From assembly GCA_030704615.1 (NCBI GenBank), contig CM060734.1, positions 61,132,001 through 61,196,000 of the forward strand: a DNA stretch of 64,000 nucleotides, given 5' to 3'. Source of the DNA: Takakia lepidozioides (lineage: Eukaryota; Plantae; Bryophyta). The notes under the pieces are model-generated. The model did not search any database. It was not told the DNA's origin and saw only the letters and a list, made by a program, of their open reading frames with translations. The position numbers were made by a program, and so were the translations under genes. How positions within the stretch are numbered: position 1 is the stretch's first letter; each line of letters opens with the position of its first letter. Below, in pieces: positions 51,119-63,300 of this stretch.

Positions 51119-52089
51119 GCTTAGGCTTCGATAAAGTTTTTCAGGGCCTCTGTCCCCTCTCTTTAATTTTTTTTTAAGAGAATAAAATGTAATATTCTGT
51201 CGTAAATTCCCTGTTTTCTCAAATCGCCAAACTTCTCCAAATAAAATATAAATTGTGGATGTATTTGCAAAATATGGATGATGTATGGGGATGAAAGTAT
51301 AGAGAAGGATGATTCTATCCAAATTTAAGTGGATGAACAGAAAATATGGCTACTTCTTGCAAAACTCAGTAGCAATTCCTGTTATTTTCCAAATTTCCAA
51401 GAAAAATCACAACTTTGGAAACAATAAGTTAATAAAAATTGTACTGTCGCTCCCAGGTGTTTCCCTTTAAAAACAATTTGACCTAATACAACATACATAG
51501 AATTTTGGGGGCGATGTAGGACGTCGCGAAAGCTCCGTGAAGTGTGGTGAGTGAAGAAAGGACTTAGCCGCTGGCAAGTCGTCGCTCACTGCTCAACGGA
51601 TGCATCCCTGATCCCCTCATCTACCCCTCTATGTTCTACGATTTGGCTCGAGCGGTGAGCGATGGATTATGTTTATTGATATTAACATCTCTACGCGTTT
51701 AAAACTACTTTAAACGAATGTCCTCCTTCTGATTCCTCTCTTCTCCTCTTCCTCCTGGATGTGTTCATCCCCCTTCATCTCTTCAAGGTTGATGTAACTG
51801 CTCCTCGGGTGTTGCATTTGAGGGTGTTATGTCCCTTGTCCCTTATTCTTCAAGTACGACATCATTCTCGGGATTCAGTTAGAAAAGAAATCGTTCTCCT
51901 CATTGCCCGCTGCAAGTCTTTGAAGTGCATGCATGCGGACAACTACTTTTCCGAATCTTGGTGTTGTTCTGCTTCAAGGGTATGGCTACATACAAATAAG
52001 AACCAGCTTCCCGCCCCTCTATCTCCTACCACTCCACCTATATCTTCTTCACTCCTCCTCTCCTTCCTTCTGCTCTCTTTGCTCGTCTC

Positions 52090-55000
52090 TGTCGTGCGCA
52101 TACTTATCGCTACACAACTACATCGATGTCCAAACCACACCACATATATATGCACAATAAAGTAGTCTGCCACAATCGCCCCCCTAGCTGGTGGATAGGT
52201 CCCTCTAACTCCAGATAGCTACAAGATGTAATAGCCACAGCCGTACTAAGTCCTCTATCACTGTCCCTATTGTACTCAAACTCTATAGATCAAGAGGCCG
52301 GGTACAAGAGTAGCCCCATCGTTAGTCGTTGTCTTGCAATCTGTGAACTTGAGCCAGGATCTCGTGTGTTCAAAGTCTCCTAGTAGCTTGGCCTTGCATT
52401 TCTTGTTAGCCTTTCATGGTTGTATCCACTCCCACTATCCAATGCAATGCGGACATAACCAATCCCCATCAGGAACCATCTCAAGAGGTGGAGTCAAACA
52501 TCCCATATGCCAACCTCTAGAGCATCGATCACACACCAGCATGGTGGCTGCCCCTCTAGCAGACCCACACAACATGCACCTCAAACTTGCAGGTACCACT
52601 GTCAGGTTTGGGTCAACCCTTCCATCAACATTTGGAAGGTGACATGGCGCGCAATTACGCACATGGTCCTTCCAAATCATATCATCCCGACCCTCCAAGA
52701 TCATGACTCCTGAGGGCAACACCTCTCGAACCCTCAAAATAGTACGTCCTGCAGTCACATCCAAGGTCGTAGGAGCAATCTGCTGCAGATAAACATAGTC
52801 ACCAGGGTTAAATCTCCGAACCCCAGGACGATAGCCCCCACCACATATGGTAGCATACCTCAACGTATCACGATGTTGTGCAATGGCAAGGTTCTCAAAA
52901 GCCATGGGCATGACTTTCTTGAACAACTCTGCACGCTGATCACATGCACGTGCCCACATGTCCGGATCGTCAAGGTTGAGAACTGTAGCAGCTTCTCTAC
53001 GAATGGATGCAGGCAAATCTGGCTCTCGGCCAAAGAGAAGAAAGTATGGTGAGAAGGAGGCAAGTGATGTTTGCTTGCTGAACCTGTAGCCCATGGCTAA
53101 CCAAGGTAACTGAAGGTCCCAATATCCTAGGTGTCTCTAGATCGAATTTCAAACAGCTTTTTACTTAAAAATGATGTTTACTCCAAAAATGTCTCAATTT
53201 CCCTCCCTCTCTGATTGCTCTCCCTGAATCAAATCTTTTCAACAGATTCCTCAGACACTTCATCATCCTCAACAACAGGCAAAGCCTCGACAAGAACCCC
53301 CTCCTCTGACTCAGTCAATATGACTTCTCCAATCTTGTGGTTGACATCTCCATTCACAGCAAGCTCAACTTCCTCCACCTTATCAAGCTCCATCTCCTCA
53401 TTTTTCTCAACTTGGCCATCTTTCGGCTCTCCTACACTTGCATCAGCATGCTGGGGAATCTCTAGTGAGGTAGGCCCATTCAACACCCCTTTCCCTTCAC
53501 TTTTTGTTCCATTCTCCCTTTTCTCCCTCGCATCATTCTGAAGCTTCAGAAAGTTCTCCTTCTTAGCCTTCACCTCCTCAAGACTCTTCGAAATATGGTG
53601 CGGTGGTCTACCAAGGCCTTGTCACACAATGCCTGAAACTCCCCCAAGAACTCTCTCCCTTGGTCCGTGAGTACCTCAGCTGGAGTATCGAATCGGCTAA
53701 GTACACAATCCAAGAATGCATACGCAGCTCCCTCACTAGCCTTATCAGGCAATGGAACCAACTCGATCCACTTGGAAAAGTGCTCCACCATCACCAACAC
53801 GTACTTGTTATGGCGCATGGTCAGTGACAATGGCCCTGCGAAGTCAAGACTCCACCTGTAGCCTAATCCCATGATCGGAAGAGGGTGCAATTGTGGAGTA
53901 GGGGCGTTGAATAAAGCACGCACCCTGTCATACACCATGCACCTAGCCACAAATTGTTGCACCTCTGTGTGCATACCACGCCATCAATACTACCCCTGAA
54001 GTAGACTATGAGTGCGTCGCACCCCAAAATGCCCCAACTCCTCATGGGTATGCCGCACTAACCGTGCCTGCTGTGTTGGGTGAGGCACAATCCTCACTCG
54101 ACCATCCTCCCACACTCGGAGCAGATGTGCCCCCTCCCACTTGAACCTCTTGGCTCATTGTAGGATCCGATCCCTCTCCTGGACAGTCACAGTGGTTGTC
54201 GTGTCTCCAGTGCGGAGGTAGTCCAACACAGCTGAATCCTCATGTATATCTTTGGCGCCACCTTGCTCATTGCTGGCCTCAGGGTCCTCAGACACTTGAT
54301 CTACAGTCATCCCTGTTGCAGGTCCAACCTGGCCTTCCGCTGCCAAGATACACAGAAATGCAGATGCATGCCATCCGGGCACCATCTCCTCATCCGTCTC
54401 ACCATGCCACCGAACTCCAGTATCATCCTGCTAGCTCGTGCATGGATTGCGACTCAACCCATCTGTATCCCGATTGACCAAACCCGGTCGATGCACAACT
54501 TGAAAGTCATACTCTTGAAGGATGAGTGCCCCGTGCAAGCTTCCCCGTAAGCTTGTCTGACTCCATCAACCACTTGAATGGTTGGTGATCCGTGACAAGG
54601 GTGAAGAGATTGCCGTATAGATAGCACCTGAAGTGTGCCACGGCCCACACTTCAGCTAAACATTCTCCCTCATATGAGCTATACTTAGACTCTACAGCGT
54701 TGTTCGAGCGGCTAGCATAAGCCACTACGAACTCTCTTCCCTCATCATCCACCTGTGTGAGCACCGCTCCAAGCCCCAGCATGCTCCAATCTGTATGCAG
54801 CTGAAAAGGACGCCCCCTGATAGGTTGTCTCAAGATGGGCGCCGAGGTCAACCTCGCCTTGAGCTCTTGGAAAGCTCGTTCTTGCTCATCTTCCCACTGC
54901 CACTCCTGGTCCACCTTGGTCAGCTTGGTTAGAGCCTTTGCAATGACACTAAATCCCTTGACAAACCGTCTATAATAGTTTGCCAACCCCATGAAAGCTC

Positions 55001-58000
55001 GAACTCGGCTCATATCCGTGGGGCGTGGAATCTGTGCAATGGCCTCTACCTTAGTCTGTTGTACCCCCAATCATCCAGGATATATCATGTGACCCAAATA
55101 CTCAATCTGGTTGTGGAAAAACTTGCACTTCCCCGGATGTAACTTCAATCCGTGCGCCCTCAAGCGCTCAAATACCACTTGAAGGTGTCTCTCATGCTCC
55201 TCCACCATAGCACTAAAGATGATGATGTCATCTATGTAGCACCGAGCAAACTCCACCCCTGCTAGAATCCTATCCATGACTCTCTGAAACTCTGTAAGAG
55301 CGTTCTTAAGCCCAAATGGTAAGAACCGCCACTGGTATAGGCAATCCTTCCCGTGCTATTTGATCCCCCGGAATGTCGTCTTCTGCTTATCCGCCTCCTT
55401 GATCGGCAACTGGTGATATCCGGATCGTAAATCCAAAGTGCTAAAGACCTTGGCATGCCCAATGGCATCAAAGATCTCTTCTGGTGTTGGCATGACATAC
55501 CTATCGGACTTGATCTGACGATTTACAGGCCGGTAATCACCGCACATACGTCTCTCCGTCCAATTGCCATAGACATCCTTCTTGGCTAACATCTAACTAT
55601 CATAGCTCCACCAAACCAGCCTCCCAAAGGTCCTGAGTTCTCATCTGAATCAAGGACCTCTCTATGTCACTGTATCTATAGGGTCTCCGAAAGATTGGCG
55701 TGTCAGTAGCCAATTCAATGCGAATGTCTTGACCCTTCAGTGCTCCTAAGTCCTTCAAACTGAAGGCAAAGCAGTTCCTGTAAGCCCTCAAGAACCGCCG
55801 TATACGTCGTCTTTCTCCTCCGGTGACTATAGGTCCAACATCAGGCTCCCAGTTGTCCTTCGTGACTGCAACCTTGAGTCCAGCAGGCTTAGAGGTAGAA
55901 GACGCGTCTCGTGATTGTTATGCTGCAACCTCTTGAGCAGTGACCAGTGCCTCCTCTGTCAGTGACAATGTCTCATCCTGCCCCATCATCCCGTCCTTGA
56001 GGACCTCCTCAACCCGAGAAAAATCCACAACCTCATCCATCACGGCCGCCTTGGCTGCCAACTCCTTTTGAACCTCAAGCACCTCCCACGTGTGCCATGG
56101 ATGCGGCCTGCACCTCGTGGTCCTCACCTGTTCGCCCCCACTCGTTGTCTGTACTGTCTCGATAGGCAGGGAGACCATCAAGGGAATTGTACTTCGTACT
56201 CTGCGCTGCTCAGCCATAGCCAAGCTGATAATCCAGGTCAAGCAATTGAGATCCATTGCTTGCCCCAACACCTGAAGACGTGATGCCTCAGAAAGAGATG
56301 GCACTGCCGTGGTACCAGTGGTGAAACCCATCGCCCACTCACGCTCGTTAGCATTGGGCTCCACTAATTGCTGCAACTGGCTATCCCACAAGAGGCCAGG
56401 TCCACTATCCCAAAAAGCATGAGATCCTGGAAAGCTGAGCAGTGTAGGCAATGTGGTTCGTGGGTGACCCACCTTATTGACCACTGCCAAAGGTGACCGG
56501 TCATCGTGTCTCACTCGCTGAGACTGTCTCCCTATGTCCAAATGCTATCCACCGTCAGGTGTGGTGGCCGCTGCACCCCATCAAATGCACGCTTGAGCAG
56601 TGCAGGTGACATAAAGTTGGTCCATCATAGTTGTAGGCGATGAGCCCGTGACCCCACTGCAGCTGCGTCCAGCAACACTGCAAACCTAAGCCAAGACCGC
56701 ACTTGATGTACACTGGCCATCACCTTGGCCCGAGAATCACTCATCAATGGCACATTCTCCAATATATATGTTGGAGAGTCTGTCTGCTGAAGTTGTAAAT
56801 AGCGTAGGACCCTCAACATTTCCCAAAACAGGCATGACCTTGAGTCGTGTAACCCATTGCCATGCCCGACTAAAGAATGCCCTTGGCAGGGCCAACCTGC
56901 CACTACCAAGTGAATAGGGTCAACTCGCTCTAAATCATGCGCCCCCAGCAAAGAGATGTCTGCTGGCAATGCTTGTTGGTATCCACGAACTGTAGACACT
57001 GGCAACAAATCAGAGTACTGCTGCACCAACTGAGCAACATGGCGCAGTGAGACGCGTCGTGCAGTCTCATCCCTCTCTACATACAGGTAATGTCGAACTC
57101 GTATACCTGCCTGCAGTACTGCAACCAATCCAGTGCTGATCCCGCCAAACAAGTCCAGAAGGCATATGCCTTCATCCGGGCACTGCCACACAAGAGGTGT
57201 GGTGTCCAATGGCGACAACTGAGGTGGTCCTGGTGCAATCGTCGCACTCTCCTCCTCTCCTGACGATACAAAAGCCTCTACCCAGGCTTGTTGCACCCGT
57301 CTATCAGCAGCTTGCTGCAAATGCTTACTCGTACCCCACAATGGAGTGTGAACAACCATGGCAGGCAACTCCGCCGTACCATGCATGTCATCCTGCTCTG
57401 CTGGAGGTGGCACATCCTCTGCATGGGCATTGCCCTCCAACAACTCTCCAGGCCAACTAACTACAGCTGTGAAGGCTGCTAGTGTTGGCATCTTGCCCTG
57501 CTGGGCAGCAGCAACACCCCCAATGAATGTCACAGGGAGCTGTACACGACGACCATCCCCTGACTGCCATCCAGGCCTGTAGGATGCTGACTCCTCCCAA
57601 AAATCCAGGGTGAAGCCCATGGGATACAATACTGCCCCACCAACGAGGACATCGTAAAATACCGCATCTGTTACAATGGCCTTGGCTCGCATCACTGAGC
57701 CATCTATAGGATGATCCGGCTGTAGTCTAATGGCCAACTCACGCGGTGTCATGCCCCGAGCCTACTCTGATCCTCCCAGAGATGTATGTATCTGGAAAGG
57801 ACAAGGCTCCATATCCGCCTCCATGAGGCCCAAACCTGCAATAGTAGCTCTGCCCAACATTAGTGGCTGAGCTCCCGAGTCCAACAAGACCCGCAGTGGC
57901 CGGTACCTCTTGCCTGCCGGTCCACTCAAAGAGAAAATGCCATCCTGGTTGTCTAATAAGACAACTTCAGGTGTCACCATGGCGCGCTCAAAGGCTGGCC

Positions 58001-59923
58001 TAGCTGGCAGCTCCGTCAACCTGGCAGCTGTAACTTGCCATGGCGCAGCCGTGGCAGTCTTGACCCTCAAATCCGAGGATCCCTCTGCCACTACACCCTC
58101 CACTAACTCCGTAGAAGATGAAGTGACCTCCCCACTCTCGCAGAGTGTTGCTGCTAGTCTGAACACTGCAGCTGGTCTTACCCCTGGCGTCACAATCATG
58201 GTTGCCGAGAACAGTGGGGCTTGACACACAGAGGTGGCTGCCCCCAACAACACACTGGCTGCATTAGCCTTGGTAGCAGGTGTCAGTGCTGTACGTGTAG
58301 CTCTCCCCAATGGTACAATAACGACCTCTGTATCTGTCGGACGAGAACTAGGTGCCATGGATGTCGTCGACACTGTCTCCCCCAAGATGAATGATTGAGG
58401 CAACCTAGCCTGACGGCTTGCCTCCCCACGTTGTGGATCTAACTCTACCTCTGCACCTCGTGGCTCAGGAACTCGTGCTGCTCCTCGAGTGACGACTGCA
58501 GCAAACTCCACCTGCATTAGTGGTAGTGCTGCCCCACACATAAATCCCATGCCTCCCATGTCTTCTCCGTCAGGATGACGCTGCTGAGGAGGAACATGAG
58601 GTGGACCCTCAGGTCTTGGAGCTGGTACCACCTGAGCTGTGGCCATGGCAGCAAGCCTTTGCTCTAGTTGCTGAAGCCGGTTGGTCATGCATTGGTCAAC
58701 GCCCTGACCTCCACGTCCTTGGCCATACTGTGCTTGCCCTTGTCCTACACCTCGTGCCTGACCACCTCGTCCTCTCTGAGGTGCTCCAGCTCGCCCTCGG
58801 CCACCATTGTTCCCTTGGAACTGGCCTTGCCGCAACTCAGGGTGCAAGTCATAACACTTGGCATCTCCATGCCCATACTTGCCACAATGCCCACACTGCA
58901 ACTGTGCAGGCTGTGCTTGTGCCGACCTTTTGCCACTCTCTGGGCAATCTTTCTTGACATGGGGTCCTCCACATGTCCAACATATCACCCCTGGTTATTG
59001 TTGGCTTGCAAAAGATGCTACTGGCCTCTGCACCTGAGGTCCCCTGTAAGCTCCATGGAATTTGGGTTGGGAAACCTTGCCCCCCTGACCACGCTGTTGG
59101 GCAGTCCCTTGTGCCTGTTGACTGGCCTGCGCCTCGTGCAGGCATGTCCTTGCCAAATCCAATGGTAACAACTCGCTCCTCCACCATGTTGGGCTCAATC
59201 CGCTCAGCCAGCAGAAACACATCTGCTAATGTGGGTTGGGCTGCTTGTAACAGGGCTGCATCCCGCACCCTTCTCCTGAGCTCCTTGTCTAAAATTCCAT
59301 ACCAGAACTGGACTGCCTGAGCTTCAGTAACCCCTTGGGTCACACTTATCAAGCGCCTCATACGAGTGTAGGCCTCTCGCAAGCTCTCACTGGATTTGCG
59401 CTGGAAGTCTTGCAAACTGCGCAACTTCTCTGTCCGTACGCCTTGGTAGTTCGTCCGCAACTCCTGGAAGAACTCCACCACCGGGTTGAAACTATACACA
59501 TGTATTGTAGTCGTGGCAGGAGGAGTAGTAGCACCTTTTGAACTGGTACCACCTGCAGAAGTACCAGCACTACTTGTTCCACTACTAGTGCTGGCCGTGG
59601 GAGATATTGGTGTTGATGCCGCTACTGGTCGCGTTGTGCCTCGAGTAATGGAGACGTAGTTAGGTGACCAATACATCCTCCACTCCTCAATCTTTGCTTC
59701 ATGTCCTCGCCTGAACTCGCGGTAATCGTCCATAGGCGGACCTTCCAAATGCTGGAACAATCCCTTCCACGCCATGAATGGGGTGAACAACTGTGGATTG
59801 CGCATCTGCTGCAAATCACACCAGTTGTCGAACTCCTGGATAAAGTCATCCAGCTCGATTGTGCCCACAGCTCCAGAGTACCTACGAGGCCCCTTGGTAG
59901 CTCCATACATCTCCTCCATGTCG
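52090..59923 (-). mobile_element. Copy 2 of the DNMT/PHD Ty3/gypsy retrotransposon, 5'-truncated and decayed
   Basis: Colinear with 5769-13198; ends exactly at the Y terminus (tgtcgtgcg, 52090); same gag-PR-DNMT-RT-RH-IN-PHD order; many private stops and frameshifts. Confidence 0.93.
53136..53595 (-). other. Foreign ~460-bp segment replacing ~90 bp of the integrase in copy 2
   Basis: Alignment to copy 1 breaks after ggtgtc (53135) and resumes at tggtgcggtgg (53596); carries an acidic E/K-rich ORF end (53229-53573). Confidence 0.75.
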
Positions 59924-60354
59924 GTGGTGTGCTCTACCACAGAGCTACCCGTCCCCTTTCTATTCTCAGAGTGTCGTGCAAGGGCTATAGCCTTGACACC
60001 TCCAACACTCCCCCTCAAGGCATAGCCTTTATAGCTGATGCCCACCCATTCTGACCACCGCCCCAACCTTGGCTCTGATACCATGTTGGAAAACAACTAG
60101 CGTATGGTCGGGCTAGGGATTGAACCTAGGACCTCCCCCATTCCGGTGGGGTGCTCTACCACTGAGCTACCCGTCCCGTTCTGTTCTCAAAGTGCCGTGC
60201 AAGGGCTATAGCCTTGACACCTCCAACACTCCCCTCAAGGCATAGCCCTTATGCTAATGCCCACCCATTCTGACAACCGCCCCAACCTTGGCTCTGATAC
60301 CATGTTGGAAAACCACTGGTCGGGCTAGGGATTGAACCTAGGACCTCCCCCATT
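59924..60354 (-). mobile_element. Tandem TRIM array (partial LTR-int-LTR-int-partial LTR) with tRNA-derived LTRs
   Basis: 145-bp LTR 60084-60228 (TGTTGGA..TCCAACA), PBS TGGTATCAGAGCC, PPT TGAGGGG(G)AG, ~75-bp non-coding internal regions. Confidence 0.88.
60105..60176 (-). ncRNA. tRNA-like sequence (Pol III A/B boxes) embedded in the TRIM LTR; probably not a functional tRNA
   Basis: GGACGGG-TAGCTCAGTGGTAGAGC-A-CCCCACCGGAATGGGGG-AGGTC-CTAGGTTCAATCCCTAG-CCCGACCA folds as a cloverleaf; acceptor mismatch and no U33. Confidence 0.75.
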
Positions 60355-63300
60355 AACTTGACATCTCTCTTTCGGACGTTTGTGGCTCTCTTGCCTCTTC
60401 TTAGGTGCTTGGTCGACTGTCTATCCGTAATTTTTCTAGGCTTCATGTTCTCTGCGTACTTTTCCGTCGTCACTATGGCTCCGAATGCAAGTGTCATTTT
60501 TGGAGGTCCTCCCAAAAACTCTGGGTTTAGGAATAATAGACAGCAGCACGAGAGACGGAAAAGTGAAGGGTTTTATAGACAAAATGGTGCGGGTCTTCTA
60601 GGCTCAGCCCCGCTCTCCCCTCCAGGCAGACTGGTGGAGCAGTGGAGTGAGGAGGCGGCGGTGGTGAAAGAAGACCAACCTGTCTTATCTCTGGATATGG
60701 AAGTCTTAAGAAATCACTCTCTGCTGCTGTCTAAAAGAGGAATCTTGCTCCTTTTCTTGGTAGGGTCAGAGATCGACATTGGGTCAGAACGTGGGCTCAG
60801 GAGCATCTGGGCCCGGATGGAGGCCTCACTAAGCATTTTTGTCACCCCCTTGGAAGGGGCTTCTTTTCTTTTCTGTTCAGCTCTGAGGAATTTGCTGCCA
60901 AGGCCCTCAAGTATAACACTCGCAAGTCCGGCTATCGAGTTCCATGGTCTTCTGATTGGGGTCATAAAATGGGGGTTACTTGTAAACCCAGAGTGCTTGC
61001 TTTTCCTTATCTCCTTGCCATCTATCTAAAATCTCTACCTGAAATAGGTGCTCACTTTGGTTCATATATTGGATCTATGAATGTGGATGATTTGGATGAA
61101 GAGGATCTCCTCAACATTGATTCGGTGGCCAACATGGAGCATTCTTGGGATTCGGGTGTTCCAAAGATCGTTGTATGGATGCCGGAGAATGTGAACATAG
61201 AACCATCCCTGAAACTCCCAACCTTGGACAACATGTTTATCACAGTGGCTGTGCTGGAAGAGTCACTTAATGTGCTTTGTCACCAGTGTCATAGGGAAGG
61301 GCACATTAAAGTGGATTGCCCACAACTAAAGAGGCCCAGAAGCTCTAATGTTGTGACTCCGTCTGTTGCAGCAGAACAGGCTGCTATGAATCATCATGGT
61401 CAGAGGGGTAATGGCCCAAGTGGAGGTGGCAGTGCCAGAATGAGAATAAACAACGTTGCCCAAGACGATGGCTCCCCGTCCGATAGACATCAGGCCAAGA
61501 GGCCTAGGGTACTGTCCACCCCTGCCTCTGCTTCCCAGTTCAATGTAAGAGAATTCTTGCTCTCTCCGGTTCCGATGATTGCAAGGTCCAGGGCTAAGGC
61601 TCTTATCTATAAGGTTGGCCATGATGAAGAAGCCAACCTAGGAGCCTTTTGCTGCCGGCTCAAGTCCTTTCACTAGCTAAATCTCCCGGATGACCCCTCT
61701 CCTACAGATGGCCCGGTTTATCTGGGTGTGCGCATCACTCCTATAATCTTTACTCTCATTGATGATAATCCTGCAATCTTGGCTACAAGTAAGGAAACAT
61801 TCGTGGGATCGTGGATATTCCCAGAGGATGTAGTGGCTTTCTCACCAGGAAAAGAGTTGGAGGTCATTCTGGCTAAAATCAGTAGCATCTTCTTGCATTA
61901 TCTTCCTAACTTGATTCTCAATGAAGGTACACCAATTTTCTTCGGTGCTTTCCAGCACCAAAGCACCTCTGGAGATTACAGTGTCCAACTCCTCCCTACC
62001 ATTCGCATTTTTGATCTTAAACTCTTGGACAGCTCCTCCTCTGCACTAACCTGGTTGTCTGGAAAGAACATTCCAGAGGGTTTTGGAGATGTGGGGAACA
62101 GAAAATTCTTGGCTTCAATTTATGGAGCAGAAATGGAGATTGTAGAGGAGTTCCATTACTCCCAAAGGAATCTCCCCTCGGAGGACGAACCTCCATCAAG
62201 TGACAAGTTCTTCACCATTATGGATCTGGCCACCACTGCCCTATCCCCGGTGAGCTCGAATAATCTCTGCTGCTCTCACTCGCTTCTCTCTCTCCCCCCC
62301 ACTTCTTTCTCTTCCCTCTTTATGAGACCTATCTACGGTTATAAAACCAAGCTTCATATGTGTTGCAGTTCTCCCTCTTGGACTAGTCTATTCCTCCCCA
62401 CTATTGTCATCCCTGCTTGTGGACAGTTGCTATGCCCTGTTTCTTCCCTCTCTTGCAAAGTTAAAGGGCTTTTCTTGGTCAAACTCTGGTTGGACTCTCT
62501 CATTTCTGCAATTCCCTTTCTTCATCTCTAGCTTTCCCTGGCTCTATTTGATCAGCCATCAATTCGTTGGATCTCACCAACGGGTTGGGAAAAATTCCCC
62601 ACATGACCTGGTCCCTATTCTCTTGGAACATACGTGGTTTAGGCTCGGATACCACTATGCCTAAAAGACGACGAGTAAAATTGTGGGCTTCTTCCCTTAT
62701 GTCTACTTCGGCTATCATTTTTCTCCAAGAAACTAAGTTAGATGATGTTAAGATCAGATCCATTGGAAACAGCTTCTGGCCTTCGCAGGTTGCATGGTGG
62801 AACCCCACTATTTCCTCCTCTCGTGGAGGAACGGCGATCCTAGTATCTCCGACCATTGCTGGTTCAATAAACAATGTAGAAATCTGGATCCAGGGTCGTG
62901 TCCAATGCCTTTTCACGGACTCCTCCTCTCCCTTTGGCCCCACTGCTTTCATAAATGTGTATGCGCCGAATCTATCTCAGGAAAGAGATGTTCTCTGGGA
63001 TGCTATCAGAGATAAAATTACCAGTTTTCCCAATGTTCAGAATTGGGTCCTAGCTGGGGATTTTAACATGGTGGATAATTATAATGATAGGCTGCAGCAC
63101 GCCTCACATTTTTTGTCTGATGACGAGCAAGTTGCTTGGGATATGTTATGTTTCTCAGTTGGATTGGTGGATATCCTTTCAGACTCCTCCTCTGGATTAA
63201 GATTCACGTGGTCCAATTTGAGGAATCCTCCCGACCTTTGTATGGCTCGGCTGGACATAATTTACTGTTCTCAGTCCCCCCTGGCCTGGTCTAAAGCTAT

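Noticed and set aside
60105-60176. Functional tRNA gene
   Set aside because: Lies inside a repeated LTR, has acceptor and anticodon stem mismatches and lacks U33
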